64,000 nt of DNA. Origin: an uncultured Gemmatimonadaceae bacterium. GTDB taxonomy: Bacteria; Gemmatimonadota; Gemmatimonadetes; Gemmatimonadales; Gemmatimonadaceae. Made by a program: the position numbers and the translations under genes. Location of the stretch: assembly GCA_963829055.1 (NCBI GenBank), contig CAWHHI010000006.1, forward strand, positions 288,001-352,000, written 5' to 3'. Positions 53,231 to 62,716 of this stretch are shown here, piece by piece (position 1 is the stretch's first letter; each line of letters starts with the position of its first letter). The notes beneath the pieces were generated by a model. That model made no database searches, had not been told where the DNA came from, and worked only from the letters and a program-made list of their open reading frames with translations.

Positions 53231-54110
53231 CTACACGAAACGCTTCACGAACTCGAGCGCCGTCGTCGCCACCTCGCGCCAGCCACTGTCGATCGTGAGC
53301 GCGTGTCCTCGATCTTTGATCTCCACGATCTCCGTCAGCCCTGGATTCTTCTGCTGCTGATGGAACGACGCGTTCGCGATCGCCCACGGCACCGTGTGAT
53401 CCTTCTCGCCCGAGATGATGAGCAGCGGACCGCGATCCGGATTTTCCGTATCGACTTTCGCCTCGGTCCACGGATTGAGGTTCGCTGCCGCGGCCTGGAA
53501 GAGCGGTGCGCCCGGCGCCGGCACGGCGAACTTTTCGTAGAGCTCCCTGGCCTCTTCGTTCGCTCACCGCGTTCGCGAACGCAAAGCGGAACTGCTCGAA
53601 CGTCAGCGGCACTGCCCGATGCCTGTTGGCCGGGTTGCCGAGCACGGGGAACCCGGCCTTGAGCGCCGAAATCGGGAGCGGCAACACGCCACGGAACGGA
53701 GCAGGATCCACGGCGACGGTTGCTGCAGACAGACCGCGGCCAGCGAGGATCTGCGCGAGCAATCCACCGAACGAATGGCCGATGACGGCCGGCTTCCGCT
53801 TGAGTCCGCGAATGATCTGCTCGACGTGATCGGCCACCATCCCAATGGTCTTGTTCGCGAACACCTCGGGGTGCGTGTTCGCCTCGTCCACCGTCGCAGG
53901 ATCATCCGGCCAGCCCGGAGTAAGCGCTGTGTAGCCTGCCTCCTCGACGAACGTGGCCCATCGGTCCCAGCTGCTCGGGAGTAGCCACAGGCCGTGCACG
54001 AAGACAATGGGCTGAAGCCCGGTCGCGTTGGAGCGCTCGATCTGCTGCGCTTCGTGATCGGTGACTTTGACGGTGGGGATGGAGGCGGGGGTGGTCGATG
54101 CGGTGGCCAT
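53231..54110 (-). CDS. Alpha/beta hydrolase (non-heme haloperoxidase-like; frameshift near 53560)
   Basis: FVHGLW, GHSFGG, GEKDHTVP, RGHAL. Confidence 0.85.
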
Positions 54111-54240
54111 GATGGTTCTCCTACGGCGCGTGGTGCCGACTTCGAAAAGAGTGGTGCACGTTCGAGAACCGTTCATCTGCGCCGAACGAGAGCCACACGC
54201 AAGCTTCTTTACGATGTCTTTACGTGGCGTCGCATCACGC

Positions 54241-55368
54241 TCACGAGGCGCCCGCGCCGACCGGGCCGGCATCATAATGAAGGCCGATCGGCCCGACGTA
54301 CGCCGACTGCGGACGTATCAGTCGCCCGTCACGCAGCTGCTCCAGACAATGTGCCGACCACCCGAGCACTCGGCCCACCGCAAACGTCGGGGTGAAAAGC
54401 TCGGTTGGAAGGCCGAGCCCGTGCAGCAGCAACGCCGTATAGAACTCGACGTTCGTATCGAGGCGACGATCGGGTTTGTGTTCGCGCAGCAGGCGTAGCG
54501 CCGTAGACTCGACCTGTCGCGCGAGATCATAGACGGACCGATCGACGCCGCTCGTGAAGAATCGCTCCGCGGCCTCGCCAAGCACATCGGCGCGGGGGTC
54601 GCGTACTCTGTAGATGCGATGACCGAAGCCCATCAGTCGCTCGCCGCGATCGAGCATCGCCTTGATCACGGCTTCGGCGCGATCGGGAGTCCCGATCTCG
54701 AACACCATGTCCAGCGCGGGACCGGGCGCACCGCCGTGCAGCGGTCCCTTGAGTGCGCCCACCGCTCCGGTGATGGCGGAGATGACGTCCGATCGTGTGG
54801 AGACGATGACGCGCGCCGCGAACGTCGACGCGTTGAGCCCGTGGTCACAGACGGTATTCAGGTACGTCTCCAGTCCGCGCGCGCGCTCCGCCGACGGTTC
54901 GGCGCCCGACAACTGATGCAGGTAATGCGCAGCGTGTCCGATGTCCGCGCGCACGGGGACCGGCTGCTCTCCATTGCGCAGACGCCAGTACGTGCCGACG
55001 ATAGTCGGGAAGGTTGCGATGGCCGTCATCGCGTCGTCGAGTGGATCCTCCTGGCGGCCGAGGCTGAGCAGCGGCGCCGCCATCCGGAGCGCGTCCATCG
55101 GCGACGTGTTCGCCGTCGCGGCTTCGCGCAGGACTCCGAGCGCCGCTCGCGGGAGTGCTCGCCGAGTGGCGAGGTTCTGCGAGAACCTAACGAGCTCCGA
55201 TGGATCTGGCAGGCGCCCGTGCAGGAGCAGATGCGCCACCTCCTCGAAGCTGGCGTGTGGTGCGAGGTCATCGACCGCGTAGCCCGCGATCGTCAGGCGG
55301 CCAGCCTCCCCGTCGACCTGACTCAACCGAGTCGTTGCCGCCACGACATTGTCCAATCCCTGTGTCAT
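54241..55368 (-). CDS. Citrate synthase family protein (CitA-type, NVEFY)
   Basis: GLDNVVAATT, DHGLNASTF, GPLHGGAP, MGFGHRIY...DPRA, NVEFY, LIRP. Confidence 0.92.
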   Translation of the reverse strand: MTQGLDNVVAATTRLSQVDGEAGRLTIAGYAVDDLAPHASFEEVAHLLLHGRLPDPSELVRFSQNLATRRALPRAALGVLREAATANTSPMDALRMAAPLLSLGRQEDPLDDAMTAIATFPTIVGTYWRLRNGEQPVPVRADIGHAAHYLHQLSGAEPSAERARGLETYLNTVCDHGLNASTFAARVIVSTRSDVISAITGAVGALKGPLHGGAPGPALDMVFEIGTPDRAEAVIKAMLDRGERLMGFGHRIYRVRDPRADVLGEAAERFFTSGVDRSVYDLARQVESTALRLLREHKPDRRLDTNVEFYTALLLHGLGLPTELFTPTFAVGRVLGWSAHCLEQLRDGRLIRPQSAYVGPIGLHYDAGPVGAGAS

Positions 55369-55407
55369 GGTCAGTATTATCGCGAGTGTGGATTATGGCG
55401 GTCAATC

Positions 55408-55423
55408 TTGATTCGGCAATCAA
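55408..55423. promoter_or_regulatory. Inverted repeat TTGATT-N4-AATCAA between the divergent citrate synthase genes
   Basis: TTGATTCGGCAATCAA in the 78-bp intergenic gap. Confidence 0.5.
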
Positions 55424-55446
55424 CATATCGCGGGTACGGGTCATCC

Positions 55447-56682
55447 ATGGCGTCCCAGCAGTATCTCACAGCGAGGCAGGCGGCTCAGTCGCTCGGCGTC
55501 ACACTCGCCACGCTGTACGCGTACACGAGTCGAGGGCAGCTCCGGTCGGAGGCGGTCGCCGGCAATTCGCGCGAGCGCCGGTACTATCGTGAGGACGTCG
55601 AGCGACTGAAGGATCGGAAGGCCGCTCGCCGCGATCCGTCGAAGGTCGCTGCGCGCGGACTGCGCTGGGGCGAGCCGGTGCTCGAGTCGGGCATCACGCT
55701 CATTCACGACGGGACGTTCTACTATCGCGGTCAGAACGCCGTGCGGCTCGCGACGACATCGAGCGTGGAGGACGTCGCCGCGCTGCTCTGGGGAGCGGAC
55801 GATGCCGAACGACAGCGTCTGTTCGCACAACCGAATCCGCTCGACTCGCGGCAGCTCGCGCAGCTCGGTCGCCTAACGGGTGATCCACTGCCGCTGCTCC
55901 AGGCCGCGCTGCCGATCGCCGCAGCAACCGATCTCGCGTCCTACGATCTCCGGCCGGCAGCAGTTCGTGCGACCGGCGCCCGCATCGTGCGGCTCCTGAC
56001 GACGATCATCGCGGGCCGGAGCGCGCGTGAGCCCATTCACCAGCTCCTGCAAGCCACGTGGGCGCCGAAGAAGGCTGCCGTGGCCGAGGTGGTCCGAACC
56101 GCGCTCGTGCTCTGTGCGGACCACGAGCTCAACGTGTCGGCGTTCACCGCGCGCTGCACGGCGTCGGCCGGCGCGTCACCGTACGACGTGGTATCGGCGG
56201 CGATGGCGACGCTCAAGGGCTATCGCCACGGCGGCGCCGCGGCGCGCGTGCTCGACATCGTTAGGCACGCCGATACGCCGAAACGGGCACGCGACGCCAT
56301 CGCCGATCAGTTGCGTCAAGGGCAGGCAATCGCGGGCTTCGGACATCCGCTGTATCCGGCCGGCGATCCGCGGGCCGCGCTGTTGATCCGGCTTGCGGAA
56401 TCGAGCGGGAACGAGCGGGCGTGGCGCCCGTTCCGCAACCTGTTCAAGGCAGGCCACGAACTGCTGAACGAATCACCGAACCTGGATTGCGGGTTGGCGG
56501 CCATAACGCGAACGTATCGCCTGCCAGACCAGGCGCCACTGCTCCTGTTCGCGTTGGGCCGCACCATCGGCTGGATCGCGCACGCGATCGAGCAATACGA
56601 GGCGGGCCACCTCATCCGGCCGCGCGCCCGGTACACTGGCAAGGCACCCGAGCCGGCGACGTCCGCAATCGCGAGGCCGTGA
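55447..56682 (+). CDS. Excisionase/MerR-type HTH fused to a citrate synthase domain
   Basis: YLTARQAAQSLGVTLATLYAYTSRG; DHELNVS, RHGGA, GFGHPLY, PNLD, IRPRARY. Confidence 0.9.
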   Translation: MASQQYLTARQAAQSLGVTLATLYAYTSRGQLRSEAVAGNSRERRYYREDVERLKDRKAARRDPSKVAARGLRWGEPVLESGITLIHDGTFYYRGQNAVRLATTSSVEDVAALLWGADDAERQRLFAQPNPLDSRQLAQLGRLTGDPLPLLQAALPIAAATDLASYDLRPAAVRATGARIVRLLTTIIAGRSAREPIHQLLQATWAPKKAAVAEVVRTALVLCADHELNVSAFTARCTASAGASPYDVVSAAMATLKGYRHGGAAARVLDIVRHADTPKRARDAIADQLRQGQAIAGFGHPLYPAGDPRAALLIRLAESSGNERAWRPFRNLFKAGHELLNESPNLDCGLAAITRTYRLPDQAPLLLFALGRTIGWIAHAIEQYEAGHLIRPRARYTGKAPEPATSAIARP

Positions 56683-56700
56683 CGCTACTCCAGCCCTGTC

Positions 56701-57540
56701 ATGCCTGACACTGACGAGACGAGCTCCGGCAGCGTATGACGCCTTCTATCGCGCATTCGACTCACCGCTCATGCAGCAGATCCGGCGCGAGGCGTACGAC
56801 GAAGACATCGGGCAACACTCGTGGGTGCGCGCCGATGAGATGCGACGGGACCTGCGACGCCTCGAGCTCGATGCGTCGAGTCGCGTAGTCGATCTCGGCT
56901 GCGGCCCGTGCGGCCCGCTGACGTTCGTGCTGGCGGCCACGAGATGCGCCGGGACGGGCGTGGACGCGAGTGCCGCAGCCCTCCGCACCGGGCACGCGCG
57001 GGCGGCGTCGCTCGGCGTCGACTCGTTGCTTTCGCTTCGCGTAGCCGACCTCGACGATCCGCTCGAGCTCGCCGAAGGCTCGTTCGACGCGGCAATGGCG
57101 TTGGACGTCGTGCTGCATCTACGCGATCGCGGGCGATTCTTTCGTGACGTCGCGATGCTCCTGCGGCCAGGCGGCAGATTCCTGGTCACCGATGCCGGTG
57201 TCGTCACCGGCTCCATCTCGGACGACGAGGTCCGGCGACGGAGCCGCTACGGACACACGGAGCTCGTCGCACCGGGGCGGAACGAGACGTTGCTGGAAGC
57301 CGCAGGGTTCCGCGTCATCGAGGTCGAGGACCGCACCGCGAGCGTCGTGAAGAACGCGAGCGGCAGGCTCATGGCGATGAACGCGCATCGCTCGGAGCTC
57401 GAACGCATGTCGAGCACGGCGGACCTCGACGCCGAGCAGCGGTATCTCGAAACCGTGGTGGATCTGTCACGGAGAGGCGTCCTGTCGCGCTTCATGTACC
57501 TCGCCGAATTGGGGTCAGACTCGAGTCTGACCCCAACTCC
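56701..57540 (+). CDS. Class I SAM-dependent methyltransferase (5' frameshift near 56730; no own stop, reads into the next gene)
   Basis: VVDLGCGPCG, GVD, GSFDAA, LLRPGGRFLVTD. Confidence 0.75.
57509..57536. repeat. Family B perfect 28-bp palindrome, in frame within an ORF
   Basis: TTGGGGTCAGACTCGAGTCTGACCCCAA, identical to 50349-50376. Confidence 0.85.
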
Positions 57541-57571
57541 GACCTCCACTCCCAAGGCCCTCGCTGCCACC

Positions 57572-58150
57572 ATGCCAGAACTGACGCTCGACCACACGAC
57601 CACCGCGCTCGTCCTCATCGACCTGCAGCGCGGAATCACCGCCGGCCAGACCGTGCCGCACGCGGCCGCTGATGTCATCGCCCGCGCAGCGCGGCTCATC
57701 GCAGCGTGCCGGCCGCGCGGTGTGCCCATCGTGTTGGTCCGCGTCGATCCCGGACCGGATGGAGTGCTCTTTCCGCGGCCACAAGCGGACCAGCCGCGAC
57801 CACCGATGACCATCTCGGCCGACTGGGCGGAGCTCGTCCCCGAGCTTGGCCGTGAGGCGTCGGATGTCGTGGTCACGAAACACCAGCCGAACGCGTTCTA
57901 CGCGACGGACCTCGACGTGCAGCTCCGGCGGCGCGGTGTCCGGACGATCATCCTCGGCGGCATCTCGACGAACGTCGGCGTAGAAGCGACGGCGCGTGCG
58001 GCGCACGAGCGCGGCTACGAACAGATCTTCGTGTCCGACGTGATGGCCGCGCGCGAGGCAGACCTCCACGAGCATTCCGTGAAGCGCATCTTCCCGACGC
58101 TCGGCCGCGTCCGCACGCTGGACGTGGTCCTCGCCGCAGTTGGTGGCTAG
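57572..58150 (+). CDS. Isochorismatase-family hydrolase (YecD-like)
   Basis: TALVLIDLQRGI, VTKHQPNAFYATDLD, GISTNVGVEATARAA. Confidence 0.88.
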   Translation: MPELTLDHTTTALVLIDLQRGITAGQTVPHAAADVIARAARLIAACRPRGVPIVLVRVDPGPDGVLFPRPQADQPRPPMTISADWAELVPELGREASDVVVTKHQPNAFYATDLDVQLRRRGVRTIILGGISTNVGVEATARAAHERGYEQIFVSDVMAAREADLHEHSVKRIFPTLGRVRTLDVVLAAVGG

Positions 58151-58161
58151 CACGCTGCAGT

Positions 58162-58328
58162 GTCATTCCAGTAAGCGCTCCGGCCTGCACGGCGGAGACG
58201 CAGAGCGCTCTGAACGCGCAGAAGGCGCAGAAAATGACAAATTGCTCGTCGTGTTCTTCTGCGCGGTCTGAGCGCTCTGAGCCCTCTGCGTTCCGCGTTC
58301 CGCGTTGCGGAGCGCCCGCCGGGATGAC
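58162..58328. repeat. Composite REP-like hairpin (family A ends enclosing ACGCAGAG/CTCTGCGT inner repeats)
   Basis: GTCATTCC...GGGATGAC termini; lies between convergent genes. Confidence 0.6.
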
Positions 58329-58334
58329 AATCTG

Positions 58335-58787
58335 CTAGTCACGACCAGGCGCGCGTTCGACGTACACCGCGACCTGCGACTGCGCTGGTTGCACCACCGG
58401 CGTGAATCGCGCCGTGAAATCGCCGGCAGAGCGCGAACGCATCAGGATCGTCAGCGACGTATCGCTCGACTGCAGCAGGCGCACCGGGGCGAATGGCCCA
58501 ACCGACTGCGCGAAGTTGACCGACGCGTACACCGCGCTGTCGACCTGCGCGCCCGACATGCGCAGGGTGCCCTGGTGCGTGAGCGTGAAGTGCACTGCCG
58601 CGTGTCCCTCAGCGCGATTGTGCGCCGCCAGCCAGTCCGACGCGACCTGGCCGAGCGCCGTGTCGGGAATGACTGCGTCGTCGCGACATCCTGCCGACCC
58701 GACAGCCGCGCATAACGCCGGCAGGATGGTAAACCGCCGCCAGAGCTGCGTCAGGCGCCTCCGTCTGCTCGTCGAGGTCCTCGTCAT
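58335..58787 (-). CDS. Hypothetical lipoprotein
   Basis: Lipobox GSAGC; follows blaR1 on the same strand. Confidence 0.55.
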   Translation of the reverse strand: MTRTSTSRRRRLTQLWRRFTILPALCAAVGSAGCRDDAVIPDTALGQVASDWLAAHNRAEGHAAVHFTLTHQGTLRMSGAQVDSAVYASVNFAQSVGPFAPVRLLQSSDTSLTILMRSRSAGDFTARFTPVVQPAQSQVAVYVERAPGRD

Positions 58788-58860
58788 GGTACCGGCAGTA
58801 TGCGCCCGGAGCCCGGACCACGCCAGCGATGAGTGACGGACCGGCGACCAGCCGCACGCT

Positions 58861-61551
58861 CTACCGTCGCCGACGGAGCTCGATCAACGAATCCGGCGAC
58901 GCCGCACGATAGCCCGCATCCTGCATGCGACGGATGAACTCGGGAGTCACCTTGTTCCGCCACATGTCGATGATCTGACTCCCATCCAGCCGGCGGTAGC
59001 CTAACGCGGCAAGCTCCGTCACATACATCGGCGTGACGCCGCTGAACCGGATCTCCGTGATTCCCTCCGCCGTGTTCGCATCGGTCACCTCCGCGGCACG
59101 CAGCGCGCGCACATACTCGGGCGTGACCTGCCGAACCGCGAGGTCGACGAGACCGCCTCGGGTGAGCGGAGTGACGCCAAGCGCGAGCAGTTCACGAACA
59201 GCCTTGGTCGACACGCCACTGAACGCGAGGTTCTTGAGGTCGTGATCCGACATCGCCTCGGTATCCTGAACACCGAGCGAGCGGAGAGTCGCGGCGAAGG
59301 TGTGGTTCGGCTCGAAGCGGAACCGGCCGCTTCCACGCCCGGATAGGAACGTGCCCTCATACTCGAAGACACCGGCGTCCTCTTCTACGCGGAACGCGAC
59401 TCGCGTCGGCGCGGCGGCGTTGACGTCTGCCGACGACAGGCCGCGCAGTTCGGATAGGTCGATCTGGCGCGCCCACTGGTTGTTCCCGTCCCAGTCGATA
59501 TCGAGCCTCAGCCCCGGTCCCCACTTGGCCATGAGTACCCAACTTCCGGCGAGCGGCGTGGGCTCGGCGGCGCTGGTGGCCGGCGGCGCAGTGGACGCAG
59601 GCGTTCCTGGCGTCGGCGCACCTGGCGTCGGCGCGGCAGCGGCGGGCCTCACTGCAGGTTCGGCCAACGACGACGCCTCACCGCGCGACCGCAGACTCAC
59701 GAGCTCGGAGATCGACAGTTGACGCCCCGCCGATGCGTTCGCCTGACGAGCGAAGTCCGCCGTCACACTCTGATTTCTGGCGCGGATCAACTGCGCCGCC
59801 GGCACGTTCCGGTAGCCCACCGATGCGAGCTCGCGAATGTAATCAGGTGTGATCCCGCTGGAATGAAAGCGCGTCACCGACTCCAGCGTGCCGAAGCGAT
59901 AGCCTAACGAATCGAGGGCGCGGAGCTCCGCGAGCTCGGGTCCGGAGCTGCTCGCGTGCACGAGCGCGGACGTCGACGGCGTCGCGTAGCCCTGCGCGGC
60001 CAACTCCTCGAGCATCTCGAGCCCCACCCCATGCCGCGCGAGCGTCAACTGCTGCTCGGCGGTCGGTGGCTGCATGCCGCGCCTGGCCAGCTCAGCGCCG
60101 AACGTGGAGTCCGGAGTGAAGGTGAAGCGTCCCGCTCCTCGACCGCGGCTGATTGTGCCAGTGAATGTGAACGTCCCGGGTCCGCGATGCAGTGTGAACA
60201 CGGCGTTGGAATCCGCGACGCTGCCGATCTGCACCATGGACACGCCCTCGAAGCGGGAGAGCGGTGCGTAGAACGTGTTGAGTCCCGGCGTGAACATCGA
60301 GATGTGAATAACTGTGCCGAGGCCCTGCATGCCTGCTTCGGCGGGATCGGCGACGCGAAGGTTCCACGTGCCACCGAGCACGCGTTGCGCGGAGCCGCGC
60401 GGAGCAGCGCCGGTCGTCGGCCGACCGAGGTCGCGCGTTGCCGCACCAACCGGGTCCACGTTAGGCGCCGGCTCTGCCACCGGCGCGCGGAATGCGGCAA
60501 GCGGCATGACCAGGAGTGCCGAGAACGCCGCATTGGCCACGGTGGCGCCGCGCCCCGGTGACGTGCGTCGGCGAGCGCCGTCAATTGCCGCACGGAGCCG
60601 CATCTCGATGTGGGAGGTCGTCGCCATTCCCACGGCGAGTGCGCCGAGCGGGCGCGGCGGACGGAGCGTCCGCGCGATCTCCAGCAGGTGCCCGGCGTAG
60701 TCACGCGGTTCGATTCCGCCCCTGACCACGCGATCGTCGCATGCGAGCTCGCGCTCGACGCGAAGGCGACGCGCGGCCCACCAGATCCCCGGGTGGGGCC
60801 AGTACAGCGCGCAGGCGACCGCGGCGAGGGTCTGCGTCAGGCAATCGTGCCGCACCACATGCGCGAGCTCGTGAACGAGAACGGCTTCGCGTCGCGCAGC
60901 CGGCCAACTCGACGATCCCGCGGGCACCATGACGAACGGACGAACGATGCCCCACGTGATCGGCATCATCTGCTCGGTGCTGCGAAGTAATCCAACGTGG
61001 CGACGGATGCCGAGGCGCACGACAGTCGACGCGAGTGTTTCCGTCCACTCGGTGTCATACTCGGGAATCCCGCCCCGCGCCCACCGCCGAACGATGAGTT
61101 GTTCGACCGCTATTCGCGTGAGCAGCAGAAGCACACCAGCGCCGTACACCACGAGGAGCACGAGTGTCCATGGGATTGCGCGTGCGGCAGCGACCGCAGC
61201 CGAGCCAGTTGTCTCGCCCACTTCGGGTGCGGTCGAAGCCGGGATAGAACGTGATGACTGAGTCGTCGTCACCCGGGCGTCGTTCGCGCTCGTTAGGCCC
61301 GGACTGGCGGACGGCGATGCCGTTTCGGCGGGGCGATGCGTCGGTAGCGGCATGAACCACCCGGGGAGCGCCCAGGCAAGAACGGGCAGGAGGAGCACCG
61401 CGACGACCGCGAACGTCCAGAGTTGGTGTCGAGCCGCCGCCGACGCACGGCGCAGCACGGACCAATCGATGACCACGGCGATCGCGAGCAGCAGCGTCGC
61501 CTTGAGCGCGATCGACGCGAGAGCGCCAAGGTCGGTCGTGTCGATGGTCAT
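58861..61551 (-). CDS. BlaR1/MecR1-type M56 peptidase with a repetitive extracytoplasmic domain
   Basis: SAAARH.LW, HELAHVVRHD, RERELACDD-like motif, YAGHLL; C-terminal duplicated beta/helical repeat instead of a penicillin-binding domain. Confidence 0.88.
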   Translation of the reverse strand: MTIDTTDLGALASIALKATLLLAIAVVIDWSVLRRASAAARHQLWTFAVVAVLLLPVLAWALPGWFMPLPTHRPAETASPSASPGLTSANDARVTTTQSSRSIPASTAPEVGETTGSAAVAAARAIPWTLVLLVVYGAGVLLLLTRIAVEQLIVRRWARGGIPEYDTEWTETLASTVVRLGIRRHVGLLRSTEQMMPITWGIVRPFVMVPAGSSSWPAARREAVLVHELAHVVRHDCLTQTLAAVACALYWPHPGIWWAARRLRVERELACDDRVVRGGIEPRDYAGHLLEIARTLRPPRPLGALAVGMATTSHIEMRLRAAIDGARRRTSPGRGATVANAAFSALLVMPLAAFRAPVAEPAPNVDPVGAATRDLGRPTTGAAPRGSAQRVLGGTWNLRVADPAEAGMQGLGTVIHISMFTPGLNTFYAPLSRFEGVSMVQIGSVADSNAVFTLHRGPGTFTFTGTISRGRGAGRFTFTPDSTFGAELARRGMQPPTAEQQLTLARHGVGLEMLEELAAQGYATPSTSALVHASSSGPELAELRALDSLGYRFGTLESVTRFHSSGITPDYIRELASVGYRNVPAAQLIRARNQSVTADFARQANASAGRQLSISELVSLRSRGEASSLAEPAVRPAAAAPTPGAPTPGTPASTAPPATSAAEPTPLAGSWVLMAKWGPGLRLDIDWDGNNQWARQIDLSELRGLSSADVNAAAPTRVAFRVEEDAGVFEYEGTFLSGRGSGRFRFEPNHTFAATLRSLGVQDTEAMSDHDLKNLAFSGVSTKAVRELLALGVTPLTRGGLVDLAVRQVTPEYVRALRAAEVTDANTAEGITEIRFSGVTPMYVTELAALGYRRLDGSQIIDMWRNKVTPEFIRRMQDAGYRAASPDSLIELRRRR

Positions 61552-61949
61552 TTCTCCTCCGTATTCGTGTCGCGAGCCTGTTTGAGCACCTTCGCGAGCC
61601 GCTTGTACTCCGCGTCCGAGAGCGGCTCATCACTCATGTCGAGTAGCGCCGCCATCGCGGAGCTCGGCGAGCTCCGGAAGAACGTGTTCACGAGATGTCG
61701 CAGCGCCGACCGGCTCACGTCGTCCGACTGATCGACGGGGAAGTAGACGTAGCGCGGCCCGTCCTGTTCGTGCGCGACGTAGCCCTTGGATGCGAGGTGC
61801 CGCAGCATGCCGCGTACGGCGGAGTTGCTGACCGGCTCGCCGAGCGCGGTCTGCACCTCGGTGGCGGTGGCGCGACCGGCGCGGAACAGGATGTCCATGA
61901 TCTGTCGCTCGCGGCGTCCGAGCTGATCGAGCGGATGGCGTGCTGGCAT
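61548..61949 (-). CDS. BlaI/MecI/CopY family repressor
   Basis: LGRRERQIMDIL, NSAVRGMLRHL..KG, GPRYVY, ALRHLVNTFF. Confidence 0.92.
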   Translation of the reverse strand: MPARHPLDQLGRRERQIMDILFRAGRATATEVQTALGEPVSNSAVRGMLRHLASKGYVAHEQDGPRYVYFPVDQSDDVSRSALRHLVNTFFRSSPSSAMAALLDMSDEPLSDAEYKRLAKVLKQARDTNTEEK

Positions 61950-61967
61950 GGGCAAGGAAAGCCTGAA

Positions 61968-62001
61968 GTCAATGCATTGACAGTGTGTCAATACATTGAC
62001 A
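61968..62001. promoter_or_regulatory. Tandem palindromic operators upstream of the blaI-like gene
   Basis: GTCAATGCATTGAC (61968-61981) and TGTCAATACATTGACA (61986-62001), overlapping TTGACA hexamers. Confidence 0.65.
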
Positions 62002-62041
62002 TCGAGGCCCGTCGGCCGTCAAGGCTTATTTTCGTTCCGGT

Positions 62042-62530
62042 ATGCATCCGCGCGCAGACCACCTCATCGCGACTCTCGATCTCCGCCCCCACCCGGAGGG
62101 CGGATTCTACCGCGAGGTGTATCGCTCGGCCGAGCGAGTGGTCCCCGCGGACGCGCGCGGTAACCGCGCGGCGCTCACGACGATCTACTTCCTCCTCCCG
62201 GCGGGCTCGCACAGCCGCTGGCACGTCGTCGCGTCCGACGAGGTATGGCACCTCTACGAGGGTGACGGGCTCGAGCTGCTCGAGCTCGACGCGTTAGGTG
62301 CCAATCTCACGCGGCACCGGCTGGCAGCGGTGGGCGACGGCGCCGGCGCCCCTGTTCACACAGTACCGGCCGGGAACTGGCAGGCAGCGCGGCCGTTAGG
62401 CGCCTACGCGCTCGTAGGATGCACGGTAGCGCCAGGGTTCGAGTTCGCGGACTTCCAGCTGCTCGCCGAGAGGCCGGATCTCGCCGCTACTGTTCGCACC
62501 GCGTGGCCTGACGTCGCGTCGCTCTTGTAG
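62042..62530 (+). CDS. Cupin_5 (DUF985) protein
   Basis: LRPHPEGGFYRE, TTIYFLL, SDEVWH, VGCTVAPGFEF. Confidence 0.92.
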   Translation: MHPRADHLIATLDLRPHPEGGFYREVYRSAERVVPADARGNRAALTTIYFLLPAGSHSRWHVVASDEVWHLYEGDGLELLELDALGANLTRHRLAAVGDGAGAPVHTVPAGNWQAARPLGAYALVGCTVAPGFEFADFQLLAERPDLAATVRTAWPDVASLL

Positions 62531-62552
62531 CGGAACGACGGGCAGGCGGGTT

Positions 62553-62709
62553 GTCATTCCGAGCGAGCGCAGCCGGGTGCCCACGCAGTGGGCGCATGAG
62601 GAATCGCGATCATACGGGTAGAGGGGCCCGCTCTACCGGGACGAGCAACGATTCCTCGACTCCGGCCTGCGGCCTCCGCTCGGAATGACACGGCTCCGCT
62701 CGGAATGAC
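62553..62709. repeat. REP-like palindromic element, family A
   Basis: Near-identical to 15574-15729, including the GGGTGCCCACGCAGTGGGCGC insert. Confidence 0.85.
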
Positions 62710-62716
62710 ACGCTCC

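Noticed and set aside
1750..53560. Programmed frameshifting or mass pseudogenisation
   Set aside because: Indels are scattered, lack obvious slippery sequences and leave motifs intact; sequencing error is simpler.
55408..55423. FNR box
   Set aside because: Half-sites match TTGAT/ATCAA but the spacer is 6 nt rather than the canonical 4.
54619..55446. Long N-terminal extension of the HTH-citrate synthase ORF
   Set aside because: Antisense to the citrate synthase gene; the real start is ATG 55447.
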